Source of the DNA: Chthonomonadales bacterium
GTDB taxonomy: Bacteria > Armatimonadota > Chthonomonadetes > Chthonomonadales > CAJBBX01
Assembly (NCBI GenBank): GCA_037443035.1
Contig: JBBIPC010000002.1
Coordinates: 96,001-160,000, forward strand
Length of the DNA: 64,000 nt
Direction of reading: 5' to 3'
Made by a program: the position numbers and the translations under genes. Within the stretch, counting starts at the first letter, position 1. Each line of letters opens with the position of its first letter. This document shows, piece by piece, positions 19,042 to 29,184 of this stretch. The notes beneath the pieces are model-generated. The model was not told the DNA's origin. It searched no databases and saw only the letters and a list, made by a program, of their open reading frames with translations.

Positions 19042-19935
19042 ATGTGCGGTATAGAAGACAGAGACGATAGCGACGCTTCCGAGCGGAAGACACTCGGCTA
19101 CCGTGAGCCACCGGACGCTGTTGCCGATGGTCTGTCGGCGCTGACGCGAGAGCCGCTCCTCACGCCCGAAGAGGAGAAAGCGCTCGCTACTGCCGCTCGT
19201 CGCGGCGATGCTGAGGCACGGCGCCGCCTCGTAGAGGCGAACATGCGGCTCGTCATCAACATTGCCCGACGCTACTACTGCCCCGAGGTTCCCCTAGAAG
19301 ACCTTGTTCAGGAAGGCGCCATCGGCCTGATGACCGCATGCGAGCGGTTCGACCCGGAAAGGGGCTACCGATTCAGTACCTATGCGACCCACTGGATCCG
19401 TCAGGCTATCAGCCGGGCCATAGACACCAAGGGGCGCCCCATAAGGGTACCTGCATATGTGGCCGATAGCGTACGCAAGATCGAGCGATGCCGGATGGAG
19501 CTCGCCAAGGAGCTCGGCCACGAACCGACGTTGGAGCAACTCTCACAGTTCTCCGGGATACCCCAGCGGCGATTGCTGGAATACATGCGCGCAACCCAGG
19601 ACCTACTATCTCTGGAGGCCTTAGCAGGCCGAGAGGAGCGGACGAACCTATGGGGTGCCGTCGGGCACGCCGCTATTCTGGACCCGGAGGATCAGGTGCT
19701 GGACAGCGAACTGCAGCGAGAGATCGAGCATATCCTGAACGGCCTGAGCGAGAGAGAACGCGCGATCATGCGCCGTCGTTTCGGCTTCGACGACGATCAG
19801 GAAAGGGCGCTTCAAGAGATCGGGAGCGAGTTCGGCATTTCCCGCGAGCGCGTGCGGCAGATCGAGGCCATCGCCCTACGACGCCTGCGCGCTGCAGCAC
19901 GTCGGCGTCGCCTCCATGAGTTTCTCGCACCCTGA
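19042..19935 (+). CDS. Sigma-70 family RNA polymerase sigma factor (RpoD/RpoS-like, no region 1.1)
   Basis: PLLTPEEE (1.2), ANMRLV, DLVQEGAIGLM..ERFDPERGYRFSTYATHWIRQAI (2), ISRERVRQIE (4.2). Start uncertain (18982-19042). Confidence 0.9.
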   Translation: MCGIEDRDDSDASERKTLGYREPPDAVADGLSALTREPLLTPEEEKALATAARRGDAEARRRLVEANMRLVINIARRYYCPEVPLEDLVQEGAIGLMTACERFDPERGYRFSTYATHWIRQAISRAIDTKGRPIRVPAYVADSVRKIERCRMELAKELGHEPTLEQLSQFSGIPQRRLLEYMRATQDLLSLEALAGREERTNLWGAVGHAAILDPEDQVLDSELQREIEHILNGLSERERAIMRRRFGFDDDQERALQEIGSEFGISRERVRQIEAIALRRLRAAARRRRLHEFLAP

Positions 19936-19955
19936 ACCGGTCCACGGGATGCTCT

Positions 19956-19980
19956 CAGCGGATCGAGCGCCTTTCCGCTG
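19956..19980. terminator. Hairpin between convergent genes
   Basis: CAGCGGA-N11-TCCGCTG between the sigma factor and oxidoreductase stop codons. Confidence 0.35.
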
Positions 19981-19989
19981 GCGTCCTCC

Positions 19990-21192
19990 CTACAGTACGA
20001 ACTGAGGGATCTTCAGCAACTCTCCTCCCTTTAGGGCAGACCGATGGGCGACGATGCCAGCGACGGTCATGGCCAGTGCCTGGCTGATGTCCACGAGCGG
20101 CTTCCGGTCGGCCAGAATGGCCTCGATGAACTCCGCCATGAGATAGCCATGAGATCCCCCATGGCCGCCTGCTTCGACGCCGGGCGGTAGCGGGGGTCTG
20201 CTCACGGACGGGAGTTCGAGGTCTATACCCTCCGTCTGGAACTGACCATAGAACGTCCCCTTCTGCGTACGGATCCTCCCCATTTCGCCGGAGAACCCAG
20301 GCGTATCCCAACTCACAGCCATGCGTGCCATGGCGCCGTCAGCCGTGCGGAAAAGGGCGATTTCGGTACCGTAGGGGTTCTTGTATCGGTTGTTCTTCGG
20401 CAGCAGATGCGGGATGGCACTGGGCACGCCCATGCACGAGACTTCAGTAAATGGCAGTCCCGTCACACCGGTGTAATAGGCGTTGGAGTGTGTCGGATAC
20501 CATTGTGGCGGCAAGCCGATTCGCCAGCCCTTGTACGAGTCGATGGGTTCCGGCATGTAGTGGTAGTACTCGCCCTCTGCGTACAGAACCTTACCGAGGT
20601 AGTTTCCACGATAGAGCTCGCGCATGGCGTGGAGATCCTCGTGGAAGTACGACGTCTCGAACATCATGTACTTGCGTCCTGTCTCCTTGACGGCCTTGAA
20701 AAGCGCCTCTGCTTCTTCCAGAGAACCAAACACAGCGGGCACCGCGGAAGCTACGTGCTTGCCGGCCCTGAGTGCTGCGATCGCCAGACGCGCGTGGCTA
20801 GGCGCATCCGTGGCAATGAACACCGCTTCCAGTGTGTCATCTTTGATCATCTCCTCACAGGAGGGATAGGTCTTCTCACAGCGGCAGACCTTCGCCAGTT
20901 CCGCACACCGATCCGGAATGATGTCGGTCACGGCGGCCACCGTAACGTTGGGATGATCCTGGAAACCGAACGCAGCACCGAACTTGCAGACGCCGTAGCC
21001 GGCTATCCCGACACGAACTTTTCTGTCGGAGACGGGCTTCCAGCGCTTCCATGCCTCGACATCGGTCTTTGCCTTCTCGAAGCCCTGAATCTGCCCTTGC
21101 TGTCCCATGACACCCTCCTGCAAGCCGAGCATGGCGGCGCCAGCACCAGCGCCCAGCGCAATGAGAAAAGATCGCCGTGTTGTCTCGCTCAT
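19990..21192 (-). CDS. Tat-exported Gfo/Idh/MocA family oxidoreductase
   Basis: TRRSFL twin-arginine signal; VRVGIAGYG Rossmann motif; GKHVASAVP; YPTH; GGHGGSH. Confidence 0.88.
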   Translation of the reverse strand: MSETTRRSFLIALGAGAGAAMLGLQEGVMGQQGQIQGFEKAKTDVEAWKRWKPVSDRKVRVGIAGYGVCKFGAAFGFQDHPNVTVAAVTDIIPDRCAELAKVCRCEKTYPSCEEMIKDDTLEAVFIATDAPSHARLAIAALRAGKHVASAVPAVFGSLEEAEALFKAVKETGRKYMMFETSYFHEDLHAMRELYRGNYLGKVLYAEGEYYHYMPEPIDSYKGWRIGLPPQWYPTHSNAYYTGVTGLPFTEVSCMGVPSAIPHLLPKNNRYKNPYGTEIALFRTADGAMARMAVSWDTPGFSGEMGRIRTQKGTFYGQFQTEGIDLELPSVSRPPLPPGVEAGGHGGSHGYLMAEFIEAILADRKPLVDISQALAMTVAGIVAHRSALKGGELLKIPQFVL

Positions 21193-21276
21193 CGTTCTAC
21201 CCCCTTACGAGTGACGAGATGATGGAGCAATTCGCCGACCGCCTCAGCCCCTCCTGCAGAAATGGTCATGACGTGC

Positions 21277-21305
21277 AAAAGGGGCCACCGATATGGCGGC
21301 CCCTT
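21277..21305 (-). terminator. Rho-independent terminator of the cold-shock gene
   Basis: Minus strand GGGGCCGCC-ATATC-GGTGGCCCC-TTTT, about 25 nt after the stop codon. Confidence 0.8.
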
Positions 21306-21329
21306 CGACTGTTCCGACGTAGCGTGGAT

Positions 21330-21536
21330 CTACAGGATGACGACGTTAGCTGCGCGGAGGCCCTTGCCACGGGGATCGTTGACGACGTCGAACTGCACGC
21401 GCTGGCCCTCCGTCAGTTCACGGTAGCCGCTGCGCTGGATGGCACTGTAGTGGACGAAAACGTCCTCACCGTCGTCCTGTGCGAGGAACCCATAGCCCTT
21501 CGCGCCGTTGAACCACTTGACCGTTCCGGTCTTCAT
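21330..21536 (-). CDS. Cold-shock protein (CspA family)
   Basis: [18 protein letters not shown]...DVFVHYSAI (RNP1/RNP2), 68 aa. Confidence 0.97.
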   Translation of the reverse strand: MKTGTVKWFNGAKGYGFLAQDDGEDVFVHYSAIQRSGYRELTEGQRVQFDVVNDPRGKGLRAANVVIL

Positions 21537-21679
21537 TGTTTGCACCCTTTCTGGTGTGTGAGTTCGTGTTGATACTTGTGAGGGGGGTCGGATGAGACAC
21601 CAGTCGGGGACCGGACTACCAGCCGAACAACGCACGCCGTCGTAAGCTCGAACACGCTGCCCCTATGGGGCACTAGACT

Positions 21680-21688
21680 ACTGTACCA
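21680..21688 (-). promoter_or_regulatory. Extended -10 element for the csp gene (implies a long 5' UTR)
   Basis: Minus strand TG-G-TACAGT about 145 nt upstream of the csp ATG. Confidence 0.45.
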
Positions 21689-21761
21689 CAGATTCACCTG
21701 AAACGTTCCACGAATGGAGCAACTTTGTGGGTTTCTCCCTGAATCGGCCCCGGTGATATGC

Positions 21762-22880
21762 CTACACGACGGGTATCACGCGCACGAGCGCACACCCGTG
21801 GGGTTCCACTCGAGCCACATAGCTCCCGCGGAAGATGCCCACATCCTCTCGTGCCCAAACGTCGCGGATGATGCATGCCCGTCGGTCATGGAGACCAAGG
21901 CTTTCCCATGGAAGGGGCACAAGCCGAGCCTCCTTGTCACCTCGGTTGAACAACCCTACGGCCACAGAGCCATCCGCCAACGGCTTGGCCCACATTTCGC
22001 CGTGAAGCCACTCGTCGCCGACACGCCGTGCCTGGATACCTAGCGGGTCCTGATTGATCGCGATGGCCTCTGGATGGGTGAGCAGAACGCGGGTCACAGT
22101 GTTCATTTGCCGGACATCGCACCCGATCATGAGAGGTGCTGCCAGCAGGCACCACAGGCCAAAGTGCGTTCGGTACTCAGTATCGGTGCACCCCTCCACT
22201 CCCACGTTTCCTCTACCATACATGCCGACCACGAGCATGTCTGGATCGTTCCAGCGGTTAGGACCCGCATAGGGCTCCAGACCGTTCTGACCGAACCCGA
22301 TCTGCTCGATGCTCTTCCAAGAGTCCACGATGTCGCCGGTCGTTCTCCACATATGGGCGCCGCACGATGCTCCCCATTTCCACGGCTCCTCGACTCCCCA
22401 GTTGCACATGCTATAGAGGATCGGCCGGCCTGTCTGGCGTAAGGCTTGTCCCATGCGACGATAGAGCATCTTGCCCTCGGTGCCAGGTGGTTTGTAGCAA
22501 TAATCGTATTTCAGAAAGTCCACACCCCATTCGGCGAAGGTAAGGGCATCGAGCTCCTCGTTGGCAAAGCTTCCGGGATAGCCCGCGCATGTCTGGGTGC
22601 CGACACAGGAGTAGATGCCGAACTTCAGGCCCTTGCTGTGCACGTACTCAGCCAACGTCCTGATGCCTTCGGGGAACTTATCGGGGTCCGGCACCAGGCG
22701 ACCGTCCTTGCTACGCTCGAGGCACGACCAGCAATCGTCAATGACGACGTACGTATAGCCGGCTTGCTTCAGCCCAGTATCGAGGAACGCGTCGGCCGTT
22801 TCCTGAACAACGGCGGCGTTGATCTCTCCACCGAACGTGTTCCATGAGTTCCAACCCATGGGGGGCGTGGGTGCAAGCAT
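21762..22880 (-). CDS. Alpha-galactosidase, GH27
   Basis: TPPMGWNSWN, IDDCW, WGVDFLKYDYC, WRTTGDI, WNDPDMLVVG. Confidence 0.95.
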   Translation of the reverse strand: MLAPTPPMGWNSWNTFGGEINAAVVQETADAFLDTGLKQAGYTYVVIDDCWSCLERSKDGRLVPDPDKFPEGIRTLAEYVHSKGLKFGIYSCVGTQTCAGYPGSFANEELDALTFAEWGVDFLKYDYCYKPPGTEGKMLYRRMGQALRQTGRPILYSMCNWGVEEPWKWGASCGAHMWRTTGDIVDSWKSIEQIGFGQNGLEPYAGPNRWNDPDMLVVGMYGRGNVGVEGCTDTEYRTHFGLWCLLAAPLMIGCDVRQMNTVTRVLLTHPEAIAINQDPLGIQARRVGDEWLHGEMWAKPLADGSVAVGLFNRGDKEARLVPLPWESLGLHDRRACIIRDVWAREDVGIFRGSYVARVEPHGCALVRVIPVV

Positions 22881-22955
22881 TCGTCAGTCCTCCTCGTTGT
22901 CTCATCACTCTCTCTATCGCTAACCTCACGGCACGTTACAGCGTCGTCGCCGTGC

Positions 22956-24236
22956 CTACTCCTCTATCCACGATCGCCCACTGACCGGCACTCCCTGAAT
23001 GCCCTCGATGTGGCGACCGTCCGGCGTGAACATGAGAAAATGATCGTTGCCGGGCCCAGGGCCGCGGCCTGTGGCATCCACGATGAGATACCCACTATCG
23101 AAATAGCGAAGCGAGTTCGGATTCAGCGGTTCCACGCCTTCCCAGTGGCCGTTCAGATACACCTCGACCCAGCCATGGGAAGCGACTACGTTCTCGAAGG
23201 CGCTATTGCCGCCGCCGAGTCGGATACCGTGGGCCACCATGGCTGGTACGCCGAGCGCACGGCACATAGCCACCATGAGGTTGCTCTGGTGGTGGCAGAC
23301 GCCCTTCCGATTCTTCAGGATGGAGGCCAGATCATCAGGGTAACCGTCAACGTATCGGACGTTGGCCCGGAGCCAATCCAATACCGCCTGGACCCGCTGA
23401 CCGGGCGTGCCGGATCGCATAGGCTGAACGATTGCCTGGAGATCCGCATCGGCAGGGTCATAGTCAATGCGGTTGCGGAAAGGCCCCAGTAGTAGAGTCA
23501 TGCCCGGCCCCAAGCTGCATTCTCGCGTGCGTTCCGCGAACGCCGCCCCGCGTACCCGTGGCGTATGCCTCACGTACGCCCGAAGCCGTAGCTCTTCAGC
23601 ACCGCTAGGGTTGGCGAACATGACGTCCCGTCCACCGATGGCCTGAATTCGGTAGCCCTTCGCTCCCTCTATCCAGATCCTGGCCCTCTGCCACAAGTGA
23701 CGCCGGAAGGGGACGTTGATCACCAGTTCGCCTTTCTGTAGTTTGTAGTCGGCCACGCGGAGCTTCCACGTCAGGTCGTAGGCCGTGGGCTTCGTAGCTG
23801 CACGATAGGACTGCCGCTCATGGTCCAGGCTGCGGTTGCGCGCAGCAGGAGGTAGTTTCTCCTCCTCGGCAAGCACCTTGCCCGCTAGGCGCGTATCTCC
23901 GGCGGCCATGGCCGATTCGTACAATTGCGAGAGGGACCAGCTCGTCTTGCCATTGCGTCGGATGTTCTCCCAGGCGTTCGCCAGCGACTCGCGCCACTTG
24001 CCCTGGTGCATCTGCGCCCATGCCAGGCTTCGCCAGGTGTACTCCGTCCCTGGTGAAAGCGCATGGGCCCTCAGCAACGCCTGCTCCATAGCAGCCATGT
24101 CGCCGCGTGCCTTGGCAGCTTCGGCCTCTTGCAGGAGTGTATCGAACGACACCTGCAGCGGTGTAGCGGCTACGGTCACCAGAAGCCCTAACCAGACGGT
24201 GATGGCAGCGCTAGATCGGCCCATTTGACCGCTCAC
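22956..24236 (-). CDS. Secreted TPR plus transglutaminase-like domain protein
   Basis: Signal peptide, TPR-like helices, GVCHHQSNL..AMCRALGVPA and HGWVEVY...W..VEP. Confidence 0.8.
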   Translation of the reverse strand: MSGQMGRSSAAITVWLGLLVTVAATPLQVSFDTLLQEAEAAKARGDMAAMEQALLRAHALSPGTEYTWRSLAWAQMHQGKWRESLANAWENIRRNGKTSWSLSQLYESAMAAGDTRLAGKVLAEEEKLPPAARNRSLDHERQSYRAATKPTAYDLTWKLRVADYKLQKGELVINVPFRRHLWQRARIWIEGAKGYRIQAIGGRDVMFANPSGAEELRLRAYVRHTPRVRGAAFAERTRECSLGPGMTLLLGPFRNRIDYDPADADLQAIVQPMRSGTPGQRVQAVLDWLRANVRYVDGYPDDLASILKNRKGVCHHQSNLMVAMCRALGVPAMVAHGIRLGGGNSAFENVVASHGWVEVYLNGHWEGVEPLNPNSLRYFDSGYLIVDATGRGPGPGNDHFLMFTPDGRHIEGIQGVPVSGRSWIEE

Positions 24237-24290
24237 GTGGAGTTCCCCCTTTGCATAGTGCCCATGGCTTCGTCCGACGATGTCAGCGGC

Positions 24291-26666
24291 TCACAGCACT
24301 CGCTTTGCGGCCCGTGCGGCAACGAGCTGGCAGGGCAGGCAGTAGTCAGCAACTTTCCGCCCCGGCGGCAGCGAGACCTGCTCAAAGGCCGTAAGGTGCC
24401 CTCGCGCTTGGTGGTACAGGATGTGCCCCCAGAGTACATACCGGTATTCGTTCCGCATCCTGAGTGTCCACAAGCCCTCGAGATAGTCTGCCAATGTCCA
24501 GTCATCCGCGTGATCCTCGAAGCGGGTCATGCCAAGCCACTGTCCGCCGGCGCTGAGCCGAGCGCGCACCACGCGCCGCATGAGATCCTCTGGCAAGGCA
24601 CCACTGGAGAGCAGTTCGGGCCAGTAGCGATAGTTCGTGTACGATCCGAGCCGTGACGCTGTGATACGGCCCACAGGACGGGCCATTGTCCCCTCGCCCT
24701 CGGCCTCCACCATGGGTTTCAGCCACCACTCCTCCTCGGAGCGGGGCCATGTATCACGGACGGCCTCGAGCAGGCGCAGTTTCAGCCGCAGCCCATGAAG
24801 ACGTATGGCTTCACTTTCGCGCGCTCTGCGTAGTCGCTTCTCAAGAATCCAGGACCAGTCCATAAGCCCCCGCCAGAGCCACGCATTGTTGTGGAAATAC
24901 GTTGCCTCATCGGAGGCCGTGTCCGCTTCGGGTACACCCTTGACCAATCTCGGCGCCGTCGCCCCTCCGGTCCAATCCAAGACACGTCGTACGAGCGCGA
25001 CTGCCGACTTGACGTGCCGACTCAGCCACTCCACGCTCCCGCCTCGCTGCAGAAGCCGCCGCACGGTGGTTAGCAGTTGGCCGTATTCGCTGATCGAAGG
25101 GGCATAGTAACGAATGCTGCCGTCGTCTGCCACGAAGGTGCGCAGCCAGTAGCCCATCAGTGCCTCGGCCCGCTGGATCATCCCCCATTGCGTCAGCGCA
25201 TCCACTGCGGCGATGATCGTGGGGGGAAAGCCGTCATGCTCCGGAGCGGCATAGGCCCCGACACCGTACTTCGGATGATCGCCCTGGAAGGTCGCCTCTA
25301 TGTGGGCCAGCCCCACGCGTATCGACCATACGAGAAGCTGCCGTAGCGGCATCTCGTCAGTTCGCAGGGGTGTCTCCGGAATGCCCGGAACCGTGAGGTT
25401 AGCGGCTATATGCCAGATCCTGGCTGGGTCGAAAGCTGGCTCCCCATGGAGCGGTTCTGCGCACGCCTCCATGATCTCTGGCATGCGTGCGCCTGCTTCC
25501 AACAGCCGCCGCCGGTACGGATCCGTCAGGCTATCCACGGAGGGCTTCTCAGGTTCTCTCCGTCGCTGCGATCGCCCGCACCACCGCCGGGGGCGCCAGG
25601 CCCTGAGCAGGGCTCCGTACTCCCCCAAAGGGGGTTCCCCATACTTCTCCAGATACGCCGCGTCGAGGAACACGCCGAAGGATGTCACGTGGCGGATACC
25701 GCGGCTGCCGTAAGCATCGAGATCCGCAGCGACCACGGGAGCACTCCACGGCAGGCGAGGCGCCGGCTTCTTCCAACCAGCGAACCGCGACAGGTCCAGC
25801 CAGTACTCCAGTACCTGCGCGCCGGCGGCGCCGAAGATCTTCAGATTGGCTTCGAGGGCTTCTAGCGTATCGGTGCACTCCGGTGCCCTCTGCTGCTCGA
25901 AGGGAACGTCATGACGCCGATGGATTGGTGCGAACTCGAGAAAGACCTTCGGAGCGGGCTTGACACTCGTTGGCGGCAGTAGCGTGTTGTGGTACGCCAA
26001 GTGCGCTACGGTCGCCCTCCCATCGTGCGCCGCGAGCACGGACGCCAGGTGATTGGCCAGCAAGAGCGCCTGGTCGCTGTCGGACAGTTCCCGGCATTTC
26101 GGGCACCTGCACCAGGGCGCAGCATCATCGCCCCACAAGAAGTAGCGACCCGTCGTCGGCTGGAGTGCCCAAGCAATGCGTGCCGCGTTGTCGGCAACAG
26201 TCTCCAGGGCCTGCTTGGAGTGGACGCAGAGATTATGCTCCCGAACACGCCGCCCGGCATCGTCCATTCGGAACATCGAGGGTTCTCGCTCGAACAGCTC
26301 GCGCGGCAGCAACTCGCTCATAGCGTGCAGCTCGTACTCCACTTCCAGCCCTAACGATGCGCACCGATCCAGAAAGGCGTCTCCCCGGGCAGACTGTACG
26401 AACGCCATCACGGCACTGGGCGTGGGATGCAACGCGATCGTTGTCAGCCCGGCGCGCTTCGCTCGTTCTGGCCAGTCCTCCAGCGATAGGTCTTCCGGCG
26501 TCAGCACGATGCCGCGCGTAACGAACGAGTTTTCGTCGGAAACCGCAGGCATGGCAGCCATCAGTTCGGAGCCCGGCCCAAGAGTCCCTGCAGCCGCGAG
26601 CAGCAGTTCGCGCCGTGAGACTGCAGAGAATCGCGTGAACTGGTAGCCGGCACGGTACGTGCCCAC
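24291..26666 (-). CDS. Two-domain protein: DUF4838-like domain plus putative (alpha/alpha)-toroid glycosidase-like domain
   Basis: SRRELL Tat-like signal; WGDD..WCRCPKC, HLAYHNT, LEYWLD in the N-half; SEYGQ, GVPEAD, YFHNNA, NYRYW in the C-half. Confidence 0.6.
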   Translation of the reverse strand: MGTYRAGYQFTRFSAVSRRELLLAAAGTLGPGSELMAAMPAVSDENSFVTRGIVLTPEDLSLEDWPERAKRAGLTTIALHPTPSAVMAFVQSARGDAFLDRCASLGLEVEYELHAMSELLPRELFEREPSMFRMDDAGRRVREHNLCVHSKQALETVADNAARIAWALQPTTGRYFLWGDDAAPWCRCPKCRELSDSDQALLLANHLASVLAAHDGRATVAHLAYHNTLLPPTSVKPAPKVFLEFAPIHRRHDVPFEQQRAPECTDTLEALEANLKIFGAAGAQVLEYWLDLSRFAGWKKPAPRLPWSAPVVAADLDAYGSRGIRHVTSFGVFLDAAYLEKYGEPPLGEYGALLRAWRPRRWCGRSQRRREPEKPSVDSLTDPYRRRLLEAGARMPEIMEACAEPLHGEPAFDPARIWHIAANLTVPGIPETPLRTDEMPLRQLLVWSIRVGLAHIEATFQGDHPKYGVGAYAAPEHDGFPPTIIAAVDALTQWGMIQRAEALMGYWLRTFVADDGSIRYYAPSISEYGQLLTTVRRLLQRGGSVEWLSRHVKSAVALVRRVLDWTGGATAPRLVKGVPEADTASDEATYFHNNAWLWRGLMDWSWILEKRLRRARESEAIRLHGLRLKLRLLEAVRDTWPRSEEEWWLKPMVEAEGEGTMARPVGRITASRLGSYTNYRYWPELLSSGALPEDLMRRVVRARLSAGGQWLGMTRFEDHADDWTLADYLEGLWTLRMRNEYRYVLWGHILYHQARGHLTAFEQVSLPPGRKVADYCLPCQLVAARAAKRVL

Positions 26667-26701
26667 TTCTGCGATCCAGCCCTCGCTGTTGCCTGGGCTC
26701 C

Positions 26702-27928
26702 TCAGAACTCCCAGTCCGGCTGAGGCTGAGGGAGCCGGACGATGGCGTCGAGGCGGTCCAACAAGTCCTCAGGAGCCCGGAAGTCATCGGTGACGGCTAG
26801 TCCACTTGGTCTGCGGACTCCCAGCCACATGCGCGTGAACGCTCCTACGGACGCCTCGAGTACCGGCAAGTGTTCGTCCTGTCCCTCACGCACGTTGCAC
26901 TCCTCCCCGAGGACGACTACGTAGTTTCCGCCGATCCCCGGCCAGCCGGTTTCGTTCTGGAACTTCGCCACAGGATCGGTCAGGCGCAGGTTGAAGCAAA
27001 CGCTCTCGCCATCGAGGTGGGTCCGTTCCAGACACCTCTCCAGATCCAGCATCCGCGCCTGCCAGTAGGCGAGCGCGGTGATCTTCACGGCGAACTTCGA
27101 TTGCTCCGTCACGTGACGGGAACGCATGGGCTCCTCCATGAGATCCTGCAACTGGATATCGGCAGGCTCCCGAATGGTCACCAAATGCACCTGATCGCCG
27201 AGACTTCGAACAAGGGCAAGCAGCTCTAGGAACTGTTCCCGTGACTGGTAGAGGAGTTCCGCATGGTATGGACCGACTTCAACGTTGTCAGGCGTGAGCC
27301 AGACCATATGTGTAAGGTGGCCGTCCTCGTCCCTGTAGCCAAGCCCGAAGGCATGGCGACCTTCGGCGAGGCCGGCTCGCGTAATGCCGGGAGGCAGGAG
27401 GTCGCATGCGCCGTGACCCTTTCGACGTGCCAACCGGAGCCGGTGGATTGCTTCCCAATCTTCTGTGGAAAGTCGGCACGGCACGCGGGGGCGCATGGCT
27501 ACCCGAAGCTTCGCAGGGTCGAAGGCCACTTTGTGCTCGTAGCCGCCGGTCCCGAAACCGAGGGCATCATAGAAGCCCTGCTCGAACATCCCTAGTCCCG
27601 CGACATCGTAACCGTCGCGTGCGTATCCGGCCAGTGCCCTGGCAAGAAGGCGTCGCGCCAGCCCCATGCGCCGCACGATGCGGCTCGTGGTGACGCCCGT
27701 CACGGCGACGAAACGAAGTGCCTCCTGCACATGGCGGATCTCGCCGGGAGTCATGAGAACGAAGCACTCGGCAGCGCCCTCGAGCTCTGCAACCCAGCCA
27801 CGACTACCCTCTAGGAATGCTGGGAATCCCTCCTCATCGCCCCGGCCGAGCCAGCCAACTTCCTTCCAGATGCGTATGACCGCCTGTAGGTCCTTGTCCA
27901 TCTCGAATTCGCGGAAGATAACATCCAC
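26702..27928 (-). CDS. Eis-like GNAT acetyltransferase with C-terminal sterol-carrier-like domain
   Basis: VTGVTTSRIVRRMGLARRL acetyl-CoA motif, GFYDALGF, C-terminal P..DWEF. GTG start behind AGGAGG. Confidence 0.8.
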   Translation of the reverse strand: MDVIFREFEMDKDLQAVIRIWKEVGWLGRGDEEGFPAFLEGSRGWVAELEGAAECFVLMTPGEIRHVQEALRFVAVTGVTTSRIVRRMGLARRLLARALAGYARDGYDVAGLGMFEQGFYDALGFGTGGYEHKVAFDPAKLRVAMRPRVPCRLSTEDWEAIHRLRLARRKGHGACDLLPPGITRAGLAEGRHAFGLGYRDEDGHLTHMVWLTPDNVEVGPYHAELLYQSREQFLELLALVRSLGDQVHLVTIREPADIQLQDLMEEPMRSRHVTEQSKFAVKITALAYWQARMLDLERCLERTHLDGESVCFNLRLTDPVAKFQNETGWPGIGGNYVVVLGEECNVREGQDEHLPVLEASVGAFTRMWLGVRRPSGLAVTDDFRAPEDLLDRLDAIVRLPQPQPDWEF

Positions 27929-28056
27929 GTGCGCTGCCCTCCTAGTCGTCGCAGGATGGTACCACACGCAAGGCGCGCGCTTCCGGTAGGACGGATCGTC
28001 TGGGGTGACGAAGAATGGTCTTGGAGCATGAAATCGCCTGACGAACCGGAGACATC

Positions 28057-29109
28057 ATGTCAAGAGATACCATGACGCCGCGCGAACGCTGGCTCGCTGT
28101 CCTACAGCGCAGCAAGCCAGACCGAACGCCCATGGACTATTGGGCCACGCCTGAAGCTTCACAGCACCTCATGAGACACCTGGGCTGCAGCAGCATGGAG
28201 GAGGTGTACGAGCGCCTCCACATAGACGCCGTTGCGCACGTCGGACCTCGTTACGTCGGCCCACCACCACCCGAAGGCGAGGACATCTGGGGTGTACGGT
28301 ACCAGCAGATCCGTTACGATACCGGCGTCTATTCGGAGCCCATCAACCATCCTCTCGCGCACTTCAACACCGTCGAGGAGATCGAATCCAACTACCGGTG
28401 GCCAAGAGCGGATTGGTGGGACTATTCCGTCATCCCCGCCCAGGTGAGAGCTGCTGGCGAGAGACCCATCCGAGGCGGCGGCTCTGAGCCGTTCCTGCAG
28501 TACTGCGTTCTGCGCGGACTGGAACAGGGCATGATGGACCTCATCGAACACCCCGACATCGTGGAATACTGCCTGGGGAAGCTCTTCGATCTCGCCTATG
28601 AGCAGACCGCGCGCATCTACGAACAGGCGCCGGGCAAGGTCATGATTACCTACGTAGCCGAGGACATGGGCTCGCAGGAGAGCCTACTATTCTCACAGGC
28701 CCAGATCCGCCGCTTCTTGCTGCCAGGTATGAAACGCATGATTGACCTGGCACATCAGGTCGGGGCGTACGTCTTCCATCATAGTGATGGGGCCATCCGA
28801 CCCGTGATCCCTATGATGATCGAGGCCGGCATCGATGTGCTCAACCCCATCCAATGGCGCTGCAAAGGCATGGACCGCGAGGGACTCAAGCGCGACTTTG
28901 GCGACAAGCTCATCTTCCATGGCGGCGTGGACAACCAGTACACCCTGGCCCGAGGCACTGTGGACGAAGTGCGCAACGAAGTAGCCGACAACCTTCGCAT
29001 CCTGGGTGCCGGAGGCGGGTATATCCTTGCTCCCTGTCATAATATCCAGGCGGTCAGTCCGCCCGAGAACATAGTCGCGATGTATGAGACTGGGTACGCG
29101 TTAGGCTAG
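28057..29109 (+). CDS. Uroporphyrinogen decarboxylase (URO-D/MtaA-CmuA) family protein
   Basis: MTPRERW..PDRTP, LRGLE, EDMGSQ, HHSDG, FHGGVDNQ, GGGYILAPCHNIQ. Confidence 0.88.
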   Translation: MSRDTMTPRERWLAVLQRSKPDRTPMDYWATPEASQHLMRHLGCSSMEEVYERLHIDAVAHVGPRYVGPPPPEGEDIWGVRYQQIRYDTGVYSEPINHPLAHFNTVEEIESNYRWPRADWWDYSVIPAQVRAAGERPIRGGGSEPFLQYCVLRGLEQGMMDLIEHPDIVEYCLGKLFDLAYEQTARIYEQAPGKVMITYVAEDMGSQESLLFSQAQIRRFLLPGMKRMIDLAHQVGAYVFHHSDGAIRPVIPMMIEAGIDVLNPIQWRCKGMDREGLKRDFGDKLIFHGGVDNQYTLARGTVDEVRNEVADNLRILGAGGGYILAPCHNIQAVSPPENIVAMYETGYALG

Positions 29110-29184
29110 GTTGCTGACCATCCGCAGAAGTGCAAGGCTGCTGAGCAGCAGGCCGGTAGTGACACGAAAGAGGCATGCGAAACC

